This document shows, one piece after another, positions 1 through 9,283 of a stretch of 64,000 bases of DNA. Under the pieces are notes generated by a model. It ran no database searches. It was not told the origin of the DNA and saw only the letters and a list, made by a program, of their open reading frames with translations. How positions within the stretch are numbered: the stretch's first letter is position 1; the number at the start of each line of letters is the position of its first letter. Made by a program: the position numbers and the translations under genes. This DNA comes from Candidatus Poseidoniaceae archaeon (lineage in GTDB: Archaea > Thermoplasmatota > Poseidoniia > Poseidoniales > Poseidoniaceae), in assembly GCA_938030705.1 (NCBI GenBank), contig CALHIR010000003.1, forward strand, positions 36,706 to 100,705, read 5' to 3'.

Positions 1-2059
1 CCAATCCAAAGGCGCTGAGATCCGCCTGAACAGCCACGACGTTCCATTCTGCATCGGCGACGGTGGCTTGCAGGTGAGCAACACCCCCACCCTCGCCCAC
101 GGCGAGACCCTCACGCCATCCGATCTCGGAAACTTCGGGAGGGTTGTTATCGTCTTCACTGACGATTTCAGGAGAAAGGACACGTTCGAGAACTTGAGTC
201 TCCTGGAGCATGACCGTCTCATTGTCCTCCCCAAACGGGAGAGAGAGGGAGCGTTCAACGGAGGACAACAACCCTTTGAGCGGCCCTCCAACGACAACAG
301 CCCCGGATGCAGTTCCAACCTCGCCGCTCCCCTCATAGACGCCGGTCCAATCGATGACGCTGAGGTTGTGACCGTCCCGAACATCCGTGCGGGTCTCGCC
401 AACTTCGACCGTGAGGGTGAGGCCTTCTTGGCCGTCCAAGCGAAGACGGTCATCGGTGTTCAAGGGAATGGGCATCCATCCCGTCTCTCGGCCCACGGTC
501 AAATCGCCAAGGCTTTCCTCGGCCTCAGGGGCCGTGGCGTTCTGCTGAAGTGGACTGTGTTCAGGGAACTCCTCTCCTTCGGATGCGTCAGGGCCAGTTT
601 CCCGCCAGACCAATCGCACCGTTCGGTTGTCCCAATCCGACTGAACCGTTTGATAGTCCCAAGTCTGGTTGTGGGTTGCTCCAACCCCCGCCCCGTCGAA
701 GAAATTGCCACCGTTCACGCCCGTGATGTTGAACCAAGACTCTTGGAAAATGACGTTGACGAGGAATTCTTGGCCGGTGGCGTTGGCTTGCATGCCCGTG
801 GTTTCGATACCTCGAAGGACGCCAAATGTTCCTTGGACATCGCCCGTTAACGTTCCGTCAACATGAAGGTCATCGATGACGGTTGTTCCGTTTTCTAATT
901 TCGTGTGCAGGTCAAGGATGGTCCCGTTGACCTGAAGGGAAGCGTTCTCTTCTTGGTCGGCAAACCCAAACGTTCCATCGCCGTACAATTCTTGCAGATG
1001 CTGGGTTCGAACACCGTCTTCCCATCGCTCAACCGAGGTGAAACCGTCCAGAGCGACATCGAGGCGACTCCCCTCATCAATGAGAATGAAATCCGCCATG
1101 GCCTCAAACTGGGTATGCTGAAGAATGCGTTCACCGTCCACGTCCGCGTACTCAAAGAAGAACACCGCCAACTCCCCGTCGATATCAAGCGTGTTGTTTT
1201 CACCGTCGTCCTCAGTGATGTTGAGCGTTCCCGTGGCTTCCAACGACAGCCGTTCCCCAACGACGCCGTTGATGATAGAACGGTTGAGCATAGCCTGCGA
1301 AACATCGGCGTCGATCACGGTGGTGCTTTCGCCATCGATGACTACGGTGCGGAGGTCACCATAACCACGCGCATCAAAGACTTGACTGGTCATTACGCCA
1401 GCGACGATGGTCTCGTTTTTCCATAATTGGGTGAGGACCAAATCCAGTTCAGTCACCCCATCGGATGTGCTTTCAACGGTGGAAAATGTACCGTTTCCAA
1501 GTTCCCAAGACGAGAGGGTATCGCCCACTCGCTCCTGCCACCCCTGGCCGGTAAAACCCAGCGTGAAGTTTTGGTCGCCGGTCGCCGTTTGATAGGACTG
1601 GTCGAGTTCCCATGTCGTCGAGAGGAGAACCTCGTGGTCGTCCATGGGTTGATTCCAGAGCCCGACCACAAAACTGCGGACCGTCTCGATGTCAAGATCG
1701 CTCACATCGTTGTGATTGGTAATGGTAATGCTCAGTTCGATTTGATCGCCCCACGACAAGGAGGTATTGAAGGTGAGCAAGGCCGTTCGAAGACCTGCTT
1801 CACTGCCCCAAGTGGTGCTGTGGCTGGTCGGTATTTGAGTGCCGTTTTGGACGTGGTCCATCTCAACGTCGAAGCCGTAGGTACCGTTGTCGGAGAACGT
1901 CAGCATGTAGGCGTGGGCGACGTCCGTTGCGCCTTGACCAACCCAGTGGGTGTTGATGCGGACCGACGGAGGCGTATCAGCTTGGACGTGCAAAGGGAGA
2001 ACCGTGGCGACCAACAGCGCCATCATGCAGAGCGAAGCCAACCTGCGTCGGTGGGTCAT
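1..2059 (-). CDS. Large secreted acidic, beta-rich surface protein (3' end runs off the window)
   Basis: Not in the ORF track because its stop lies outside the window. Manual translation from ATG 2059: MTHRRRLASLCMMALLVATVLPLHVQADTPP (basic + hydrophobic signal peptide, VQA cleavage). Frame stays open to the window edge; D/E/T/G-rich with NxT sequons and an Ig-linker-like DDNNPPEV. Confidence 0.8.
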   Translation of the reverse strand, partial: MTHRRRLASLCMMALLVATVLPLHVQADTPPSVRINTHWVGQGATDVAHAYMLTFSDNGTYGFDVEMDHVQNGTQIPTSHSTTWGSEAGLRTALLTFNTSLSWGDQIELSITITNHNDVSDLDIETVRSFVVGLWNQPMDDHEVLLSTTWELDQSYQTATGDQNFTLGFTGQGWQERVGDTLSSWELGNGTFSTVESTSDGVTELDLVLTQLWKNETIVAGVMTSQVFDARGYGDLRTVVIDGESTTVIDADVSQAMLNRSIINGVVGERLSLEATGTLNITEDDGENNTLDIDGELAVFFFEYADVDGERILQHTQFEAMADFILIDEGSRLDVALDGFTSVERWEDGVRTQHLQELYGDGTFGFADQEENASLQVNGTILDLHTKLENGTTVIDDLHVDGTLTGDVQGTFGVLRGIETTGMQANATGQEFLVNVIFQESWFNITGVNGGNFFDGAGVGATHNQTWDYQTVQSDWDNRTVRLVWRETGPDASEGEEFPEHSPLQQNATAPEAEESLGDLTVGRETGWMPIPLNTDDRLRLDGQEGLTLTVEVGETRTDVRDGHNLSVIDWTGVYEGSGEVGTASGAVVVGGPLKGLLSSVERSLSLPFGEDNETVMLQETQVLERVLSPEIVSEDDNNPPEVSEIGWREGLAVGEGGGVAHLQATVADAEWNVVAVQADLSAFGL

Positions 2060-2136
2060 GGGTTTGATGTAGAACGGCTCCCTTTCAAGACTTTGGGGGC
2101 CGCGCCCCTTCCCGAAATGGAGAGGAGGGCGCTTTC

Positions 2137-3096
2137 TCAAAGGTCAAGAACATAACCAAAGAGGAGAGGAAGAACGATGCTGGCATCACTCTGTATGTTG
2201 AAGCGTGGCGTGTCCAAGCCGAGTTTACCCCATGAAATCTTCTCGTTAGGAGGGGCACCGGAATACCCGCCATAGGAGGCGGTTGCGTCGGTGATTTGAC
2301 AAAACCAAGCCCACAGCGGAACATCAATTTCGCCGAGGTCTTGATGCAAGAGCGGCACCACGCAGATTGGGAAATCCCCGGCGATACCTCCGCCCGACTG
2401 TAAAAAGGCAAGCGGCTCGGCACCTGCCCGGTAAAACGACATCAAGTGTGTCATGTAATGCGTGCCGCTCAACACGATGTCAGGGGATAACAGGCCCTGG
2501 GAACAGCGGGCTGCGAAGATGTTTCCGAGGGTTGAATCTTCCCAACCTGGAACATACAACGGCAGGTCTCGTTCTGCGGCGGCCAACAACCACGAATGTT
2601 CAGGGTCGCCCTGGTAGGATGTTCGGAGCGTATCGGAGAGGAGGAGGCGGTACAGATAGCGATGGGGCAAATGCGACTCCCCGTCGTCTTGTGCCTGGCG
2701 CCAAACATCCATCAACGACCGTTCAATCTTGCGAATGGCTTCCTCTTCGGGGATGCAAACGTCGGTGACACGGTTGAGTTGCCGTTCCAGAAGAGCTACT
2801 TCGTCTTCAGCGGTGAGATCATCGGGCGAGGGGATGGCCACGTAGGCCTCCCTGGCGACAAGGTGAAACACGTCTTCCTCAAGGTTAGCTCCGGTGCAGG
2901 AAATCGCTGCCACATGACCTGCTCGAATCATCTGCGCCAGGCTGCGTCCAATTTCCGCCGTGCTCATGGCCCCAGCGAGCGTGAGAAAGAGTCGTCCGCC
3001 CTGCTCCAAATGGTTGACCAGCGTCCCTGCGGCACGACGAAGGACGCCTGCGTTGAAGTGGCGATAATGCTCGTCAACAAACGCTCGCACCGTCAT
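2137..3096 (-). CDS. Deoxyhypusine synthase-like protein (bacterial-type; possible homospermidine synthase)
   Basis: Motifs LAGAMSTAE, ISCTGANLEED, GGGIAGDF, SYGGYSGA, NEKISWGK (catalytic Lys region), SDASIVLPL. Confidence 0.9.
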   Translation of the reverse strand: MTVRAFVDEHYRHFNAGVLRRAAGTLVNHLEQGGRLFLTLAGAMSTAEIGRSLAQMIRAGHVAAISCTGANLEEDVFHLVAREAYVAIPSPDDLTAEDEVALLERQLNRVTDVCIPEEEAIRKIERSLMDVWRQAQDDGESHLPHRYLYRLLLSDTLRTSYQGDPEHSWLLAAAERDLPLYVPGWEDSTLGNIFAARCSQGLLSPDIVLSGTHYMTHLMSFYRAGAEPLAFLQSGGGIAGDFPICVVPLLHQDLGEIDVPLWAWFCQITDATASYGGYSGAPPNEKISWGKLGLDTPRFNIQSDASIVLPLLFGYVLDL

Positions 3097-3099
3097 GGT

Positions 3100-3486
3100 T
3101 CAGACCTCCGTGATGAATCGGTCAACCCGCTGACGGCGAACGCACACGAGGCTGGGCATTCGCTTCATCAGCCGGTCGTGAAGGTAGGTTGCGATGGTGG
3201 CTGGGTCGGTCGCCCCGCAAGTGAAACAATCGATGGCTAAGAGACCGCTGTCTGCATAACAATGCGCCGTAATGTGGCTTTCATCAATCAAAACAACCGC
3301 AGCAAATCCCGGTGGAGACGTGCTGCCATCAAAAGGCGCAAGGTGAGCGTGGACCTCCTTGGCTGGGCTTTGTTCCACCGCCTCTCTCATTAAAGAGAAA
3401 AGCCAGTTGTAGGCGGTTTCGTCCTCAAAAACAGCGTTCGTGTAGTCAATAAACACATGAGCCCCTTGGCTCGGCTTGTCTGTCAT
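3100..3486 (-). CDS. Pyruvoyl-dependent S-adenosylmethionine decarboxylase family protein (substrate uncertain)
   Basis: VLIDESHITAHCY self-cleavage (E-S-H) motif and DCFTCG; start reassigned to ATG 3486 (MTDKPSQGAHVFIDY). Confidence 0.85.
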   Translation of the reverse strand: MTDKPSQGAHVFIDYTNAVFEDETAYNWLFSLMREAVEQSPAKEVHAHLAPFDGSTSPPGFAAVVLIDESHITAHCYADSGLLAIDCFTCGATDPATIATYLHDRLMKRMPSLVCVRRQRVDRFITEV

Positions 3487-3520
3487 GTACTCACCTGCCG
3501 CCTGCCGAATCATGCTCTTT

Positions 3521-4537
3521 TTAAAACTGCCGCAAACCATCTCTCCCAAATTGTGTGAAAAACGCCGTATTAAACGGCACTTCTTTGGTTGATGAGATGG
3601 CGTTCCAGCGTCCTTCATGGCGAGCAAGAACATGGTTGGCAACGATCTTCGTGGCCAACAATGCAGCGGTGAATTGAGTCAAGACCCCATCGGTTTGTGC
3701 GACGATTTCGTTCACATCAGCGCTGATGACCACCACATCTGGATTGGCGAATAGCGTTTCAATCGTCTCGACTGCTTGCCAAAAATTCAACCCGCCGGGG
3801 ACCGGTGTGCCCGTGGCAGGGACCAAAGCGCCGTCCAAACCGTCGATGTCGAGCGTGAAGTGAACAGGGCCGGAAAGCGAACGAAGTTCGTCAAGCCACG
3901 CCTGCCAGGCCTTGGCCCCAGTATGGGGATGTTGCGTGGCTTTTGCAAAAGAAGTGGTGATACGTTCATCGGTCTTGATACGTATCAGTTCCTCTTCGCT
4001 GTAGGCACGAACACCGGCTTGAAGTAATCGGCCGGCGCCGACATCAAGGCTTCTTGAGGCGGCGCAAGCGTGAGAAAAAATTTCGTCATCCAACGAAGAA
4101 CGAAGGTCGGCGTGGGCATCGAGTTGTACGATGGTCAATTTTGCCAAATCCCCACCGACCGCAGGGTGGCTTCGGGCCGCATGAATCAGTGGGGGAAGAA
4201 TGCCGTGTTCCCCACCAAGAAACAACGGGAAGAGGTCACCGGTGTAGTACGAGCGAGCATGGGCCGCCATCTCATCGAGTTGTTCACGCAACGTTGGCGC
4301 CTGCCCTTCCCAAACCGGTTCGGTGACAATAATCTGGCCTGCGGGAAGGTCCATTCCGAGCCGATCGTCAAAGAGTTCAACCTGAGCGCTGGCATCCAAA
4401 CAGGCTTGGGGGCCATCGCAGGCCCCGGTCCCGTAGGAGGTTGTCAGTTCGTACGCCAGAGGGACCACAGCAATATCAGCGGGGCCACTCGCTTTTGGAA
4501 GGCCAAGAAACGCCCCCTCCTCAAAGTCCGCTGGCAT
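3521..4537 (-). CDS. speB: Agmatinase (ureohydrolase family)
   Basis: GGEHG, QLDAHADL, TLDIDGLD, ATGTPVPGG Mn-binding motifs; ATG at 4537. Confidence 0.9.
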   Translation of the reverse strand: MPADFEEGAFLGLPKASGPADIAVVPLAYELTTSYGTGACDGPQACLDASAQVELFDDRLGMDLPAGQIIVTEPVWEGQAPTLREQLDEMAAHARSYYTGDLFPLFLGGEHGILPPLIHAARSHPAVGGDLAKLTIVQLDAHADLRSSLDDEIFSHACAASRSLDVGAGRLLQAGVRAYSEEELIRIKTDERITTSFAKATQHPHTGAKAWQAWLDELRSLSGPVHFTLDIDGLDGALVPATGTPVPGGLNFWQAVETIETLFANPDVVVISADVNEIVAQTDGVLTQFTAALLATKIVANHVLARHEGRWNAISSTKEVPFNTAFFTQFGRDGLRQF

Positions 4538-4714
4538 GCAGTTCACGGGTTGCCGCCCCCTTCATCATCCTACCGATGAAGAACGTGCGCCGATTTCAAG
4601 GGCGAAAGGACTGTTTTCATGAAATGCGATGGAACACTTAATATGGGTCGGTGACCAATAAAATACAGCAACAGGGGCCGAAAACACGCGGCTCAGGTGC
4701 AGGGAGGGACAAAC

Positions 4715-5134
4715 ATGGGAATGACACTCGCAGAATTGACAAAGGCCATTCAACAACACATCGATCTGGACATGGATGCTGAAGTTGCCCAAGGCATGGC
4801 AGAACATGCCCTCGGTTTCTTCGGTTTTTACAACAGAATCATTGACAATGCCCTTGAACCAACCGACCGCAACCTGTTTTACATGTTCCAAGATTATGAT
4901 CTCCTGACCACGGAATCCGAGGAAACCACCCTTTGGGACGGCCGAGAATGGCGAATCCACTACTGGAAGTTCAAGCCCGACCTCCGTGAGCGTGTGGAGG
5001 CTTACATGCAGCGAAACCTGCAAGAAGACGACATTGACCCCTTCGCCGACATCTACGCCACGGACGGACCCAGCATTTGGACCCGAGAAGGTGAAAAAGT
5101 CGCCAACCCGAACGCCTTCACCTCCGACTGGTGA
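4715..5134 (+). CDS. Conserved Thermoplasmatota protein (DUF6015-like)
   Basis: FFGFYNRIIDNALEPTDRNLFY ... ETTLWDGREWRIHYW matches the family as recalled; GGGAGG upstream. Confidence 0.7.
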   Translation: MGMTLAELTKAIQQHIDLDMDAEVAQGMAEHALGFFGFYNRIIDNALEPTDRNLFYMFQDYDLLTTESEETTLWDGREWRIHYWKFKPDLRERVEAYMQRNLQEDDIDPFADIYATDGPSIWTREGEKVANPNAFTSDW

Positions 5135-5182
5135 AGCGCTCCCGATGCAAGCGTTTTTGATTTGCAAGCACGAGGCCAATCC

Positions 5183-6571
5183 ATGCGCGTCGCTGTTGGG
5201 CTTGTCCTCTGCATGCTGATGGCGTGCATCCCGGCCGCTTCGGCTCAATTTGACCCCGAGCACCTCTATGCTTGGCCCGGCGACCCCGTTGACAGCCATG
5301 TCCACCTTACATGGGCTGCCTTGACACTGGACGTGAACAATTGGGCCGATGATTACCCCGAGATTGTGGACCTGACCAGTGCTGGAGAATCCGAGCTTGG
5401 CAAGACCCTTTGGGTGGTTCGGCTATCCGACTGGTCCATGGAGACCAAGGCCAACGGTTCAGCGAAGGAAACCATCTACATCGATGGTGGCCACCACGGC
5501 AATGAGTACTTGGGTACGGCCCTCGCCTACCTAACGGCAAAATGGTACATCAACGCTTGGAGCGAGGGAAATGAAGAGGCGATTGCCGTGTTGCAAAACA
5601 CCGAATTGCACATCCTCATCATGCTCAATCCAGACGGGAATGACATCGATACCCGATGGAATATCAATCAGGTCGACCTGAATCGAAACTACGACCACTA
5701 CTGGAACACATGCCCCACCACACAACCTGGAAGCAGTGCGTTCAGCGAATCCGAAACCGCCTCCAATTCAGCCTACATGAACGCCTACGCTACGGACGCA
5801 GACCTGTACGTGACCATGCACACAGGCGTTTGGATCATGCTCTACCCATGGGGCAAATGGCCCGAACAACCACCCGACTGGGAGTTGTTTTGGCGCATTC
5901 GAGACGACGTACAAGCCAACGTCTCTGAAATCCCTATACAAAACGCCAACCAAGGTTTGTACCCCAACTGCGGTACGAGCCGAGATTACGGCTACGGCGT
6001 CATGGGTTTCCCCACCTTCACCTTCGAAACCGACGATGAACAGTTTGTCCCCGGCAGTTTCGAGAACCTCAACGAACGGTTGGCAGAAGAGATGGATGTG
6101 ATGCGCTTCCTCATCAACAACGTCTGGTACTGGCGTGCTCGCCTTGACGTGCAAGCCATCACCGTGAGCGACGATGCCCTTGAACTCGAAGTTGTCAATC
6201 ATGGGAGGGCATCCACCACCAATGCCAGTTTAGAATATCATGACGTCGCTGGGGAAGTCCTCTGGGCCTCGCCCTACTTCACCGTCAACTCATCCAACAT
6301 GACATCGGTTTCCTTCGAAGTGGACGACGATGTGTTTGAGACCAAAGGCATGTGGAACCTCAACTACCAGAAGCGCGTCATCAACGCCTCCACTTGGGTC
6401 AACGAATCGGTGGACGGCAACCTCACGGTATTTATCGACGATGAGGACGACCGCTTCCTCTCCGGTGTTGGTCTTTTCAATCCAGTCGCCGTGATTCTTG
6501 GCATCATCGGCGTCGGCGCACTCTTCCGAAACGAAGAGGAAGCCATCGAAGAAACTTTGAACCATGGTTGA
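5183..6571 (+). CDS. Secreted, C-terminally anchored M14 zinc carboxypeptidase
   Basis: Signal peptide; HGNE, DLNRNY, TMHTG, FTFE motifs; C-terminal hydrophobic helix. Confidence 0.9.
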   Translation: MRVAVGLVLCMLMACIPAASAQFDPEHLYAWPGDPVDSHVHLTWAALTLDVNNWADDYPEIVDLTSAGESELGKTLWVVRLSDWSMETKANGSAKETIYIDGGHHGNEYLGTALAYLTAKWYINAWSEGNEEAIAVLQNTELHILIMLNPDGNDIDTRWNINQVDLNRNYDHYWNTCPTTQPGSSAFSESETASNSAYMNAYATDADLYVTMHTGVWIMLYPWGKWPEQPPDWELFWRIRDDVQANVSEIPIQNANQGLYPNCGTSRDYGYGVMGFPTFTFETDDEQFVPGSFENLNERLAEEMDVMRFLINNVWYWRARLDVQAITVSDDALELEVVNHGRASTTNASLEYHDVAGEVLWASPYFTVNSSNMTSVSFEVDDDVFETKGMWNLNYQKRVINASTWVNESVDGNLTVFIDDEDDRFLSGVGLFNPVAVILGIIGVGALFRNEEEAIEETLNHG

Positions 6572-6614
6572 CCGTTTTGGCAATGTTCAAAAGCAATCTT
6601 CCGTTGGTTGAACC

Positions 6615-6776
6615 ATGAACCGAGACACACAAAAAAGCCAGAGGAAATTTCGACTTCCCAAGGGGTTCAGGAAAAAGGCCAAGACCACCTCAGCCTTGAC
6701 GGCGGCGCCAAAGACGGACGTCGTTGAATCCAACGAAGCCTCCTGCCAAACCAGAGGCTGCGGTTGTGGAAACTGA
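6615..6776 (+). CDS. Putative 53-aa small protein, basic N-terminus and C-terminal CxxxGCGCG
   Basis: Manual translation MNRDTQKSQRKFRLPKGFRKKAKTTSALTAAPKTDVVESNEASCQTRGCGCGN; start context GGTTGAACCATG resembles those at 6911 and 11227; fills an otherwise empty gap. Confidence 0.45.
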   Translation: MNRDTQKSQRKFRLPKGFRKKAKTTSALTAAPKTDVVESNEASCQTRGCGCGN

Positions 6777-6910
6777 GCATCTCACCCGATGTTGACCGCT
6801 TGGTCCTGTTTTGAGCCGACGGCATTCCCGAGACAAACCTACCCTCCTGAGCAGAGCCCGGACTGGGAGGATTGAAGTGGGGGAAATCGTTGGCGGAGGT
6901 TGGTGAAACC

Positions 6911-8404
6911 ATGCAAGTGACCATCAGTTCAGGAAACAACATCAACGGAACCCTCGTTCTTCCCCTTTTCGAAGGTGAGGAAGCCCTCCCCGAAATTGTC
7001 GAAGGCATCCCTTCAACACTCAAGAGCCAGATCAACCGTGTGCTTGCCGATGGCGATTTCAAAGCCAAAGCCAACGCAACGATGACCCTGATGGGCACCG
7101 AGGGTGGAAAGGCCATGCTTGTGGGTTTGGGCAAAGAAAACAAAGCTGACGTCCACGCTTACCGGGAAGCTGGTGCTTGCGTAGTTGCTGCCTGCAAGAA
7201 GGTCCACGGCGATGAACTGACCGTGGTGTTCCACGGCGCTGACATGGCGTGTATGACGTCTTTTGCTGAAGGCATGATGCTACGAGATTATTCCTACGAC
7301 CTCTACAAGAAAAAGGACGACGACCACGAAGAGACAAACCTCTCCGCCCGCATCAACTGCAACGAAGGTGACGCAACGGCCCTGTCCGCGGCCATCGATC
7401 GTGTCGCTTCCATCGTGAGCGGCGTTCACCTCTCAAGAGACTTGGGGAATTGTCCACCCAACGATATGTACCCCATGGCTTTCGCAGAAAAAGCAGAACT
7501 GTGGGCCAAGCAGTACAACAACGTCAAGGTCGAGGTCATCGATTACGAAGCGGCCAAACGCCATGGGATGGGCGGCCTCGTCGCTGTCGGCATGGGCTCC
7601 TCCCGCAAACCCTGCATGGTCATCTTCACCCTGAACGGAGACCAAAAAGGACGACACCCCATGTTGGTTGGAAAAGGCATCACCTTTGACACGGGCGGCA
7701 TCTCGCTCAAGCCCGGTGCCAACATGGACGAAATGAAGTACGACATGGGAGGTTCCGCCACCGTCTTCGGGACCATGGAAGCCCTCGCTTCCAGCGGCTA
7801 CCCCGGCAAGGTCGTCGCCATCACCTGCATGGCTGAAAACATGCCAGCAGCCAACGCTCAACGCCCCGGCGACGTCATCACGACCCTCTCGGGGAAAACC
7901 ATTGAGGTCCTCAACACCGACGCCGAGGGCCGCCTCGTCCTCTCCGACGGACTGTGGAAAGCCGGAACCGACTACGACCCCGAATTCATCGTCGACTTCG
8001 CCACGCTCACCGGAGCCTGCGTGGTCGCTCTGGGGCACGAAGCCACCGGATTGTGGTCCAACGACGACGATTTCCGAACCCGCATTCACGAAGCTGGAAA
8101 CGATGTGGGCGAACTCGCCTGGCCAATGCCACTCCTGCCCGCTTTTGAAAAGGAGATGACCGATTCGAAGATTGCCGATACCCGAAACTTGGGTGCCGGC
8201 CGCTGGGGTGGCGCTAACACGGCCGCTGCCTTCCTCAAGCAATTCGTCCCCAACCGAGGTGAAGGAGAGGACGCCGAACAAATCACGTGGGCCCACATGG
8301 ACATTGCGGGAACATACTGGGGTGCCAAGACCAACAAGATGGTCGGACACGGTGCGACCGGCATTCACGTCAGAACCATGGTTCGACTGATCACCGGCGA
8401 ATGA
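6911..8404 (+). CDS. pepA: M17 leucyl aminopeptidase
   Basis: VGKGITFDTGG, MKYDMGG, NTDAEGRL, WAHMDIAG; start at ATG 6911 after GGTGA. Confidence 0.95.
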   Translation: MQVTISSGNNINGTLVLPLFEGEEALPEIVEGIPSTLKSQINRVLADGDFKAKANATMTLMGTEGGKAMLVGLGKENKADVHAYREAGACVVAACKKVHGDELTVVFHGADMACMTSFAEGMMLRDYSYDLYKKKDDDHEETNLSARINCNEGDATALSAAIDRVASIVSGVHLSRDLGNCPPNDMYPMAFAEKAELWAKQYNNVKVEVIDYEAAKRHGMGGLVAVGMGSSRKPCMVIFTLNGDQKGRHPMLVGKGITFDTGGISLKPGANMDEMKYDMGGSATVFGTMEALASSGYPGKVVAITCMAENMPAANAQRPGDVITTLSGKTIEVLNTDAEGRLVLSDGLWKAGTDYDPEFIVDFATLTGACVVALGHEATGLWSNDDDFRTRIHEAGNDVGELAWPMPLLPAFEKEMTDSKIADTRNLGAGRWGGANTAAAFLKQFVPNRGEGEDAEQITWAHMDIAGTYWGAKTNKMVGHGATGIHVRTMVRLITGE

Positions 8405-8523
8405 GGAACGACGCTCTCTTCAACGGGAGCCCTCTCCCATCGACCGTAATTCTGGCCCGAAAGGGAACCTTAGGTCATTTGAGAACTCCGCCGGGTGGTT
8501 TTCAGTTTGCTGATTTCATTAGA

Positions 8524-8572
8524 TTTATATGGGATTGCCAGGTGCCAACTACATAACCGATGGTTTAGTAGT
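8524..8572 (+). promoter_or_regulatory. TATA box plus inverted repeat upstream of the hsp20-dnaK-thermosome operon
   Basis: TTTATAT at 8524-8530; imperfect palindrome ACTAC-ATAACC-GAT-GGTTTA-GTAGT at 8548-8572 spanning the expected start site. Confidence 0.55.
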
Positions 8573-8582
8573 GGTGAAGAGA

Positions 8583-9269
8583 ATGACCGACGATTGGGAA
8601 GATGACCTGCTCGACAAGTTGGAAGAAATGCTTCGAAACATGGGCATGCCCATCAATCGCGAGCAACTCAAGGGCTTCATGCACCAGTTCAAGGATCAGT
8701 TCGATGCGCTCGGCATCAATCCTGAAAAAATAGCCAAAGGCGAAGTGAACTTCAATTTCGATATTTCCGACATCTCGAAAATGTTCAACGCCGGCACCTC
8801 GATGGAAGACCTGTTCAAGAATTTGGGCATGGACATTCGCGTGGACGCCGCCCCGGTGGAAATCGACCCCTCCGCCCTCGAATCCAACGACGACGAGACC
8901 GTGCAACTCCCGGCAGAGGATGTTTACCTCGACGGCTGGAACATGTCGGTCACCCTGGATTTTGCCCTTAAAGGCGACATTGAATCCGAACACCTTGAAA
9001 TCGAACTCATCAAGAACGGTTCGCAAATTGAAATCATGCGCACCACCCAACCCAAGCCCCTGGCCTTGGTGGAACTCCCCCACCCCTGCGACGACGTGGT
9101 GGAATGGACCCTGAACAACGGCATTCTCGACATCACACTGAAACTGACGCCTCAAGGAAAGGCGTTGGAGTCGGGTGATGACGATACCCTCCCAGCCCCG
9201 GGGGAGGTGAGCATCGACCTCGGCGACGACGACGATGACGAAGACGACGGTGGCATCCCCATCTTTTGA
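8583..9269 (+). CDS. Small heat-shock protein (Hsp20/alpha-crystallin family), extended
   Basis: [12 protein letters not shown] alpha-crystallin signature, C-terminal IPI (IxI) motif, directly upstream of dnaK. Confidence 0.75.
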   Translation: MTDDWEDDLLDKLEEMLRNMGMPINREQLKGFMHQFKDQFDALGINPEKIAKGEVNFNFDISDISKMFNAGTSMEDLFKNLGMDIRVDAAPVEIDPSALESNDDETVQLPAEDVYLDGWNMSVTLDFALKGDIESEHLEIELIKNGSQIEIMRTTQPKPLALVELPHPCDDVVEWTLNNGILDITLKLTPQGKALESGDDDTLPAPGEVSIDLGDDDDDEDDGGIPIF

Positions 9270-9283
9270 AGGACGTGAAAACA

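Noticed and set aside
68-2155. Plus-strand ORFs 68-850, 905-1426, 1427-2155
   Set aside because: Antisense shadows of the minus-strand secreted protein gene.
6777-6910. Possible ncRNA or tRNA upstream of pepA
   Set aside because: Only a weak CCTCC/GGAGG pairing; no cloverleaf, T-loop or known RNA motif seen.
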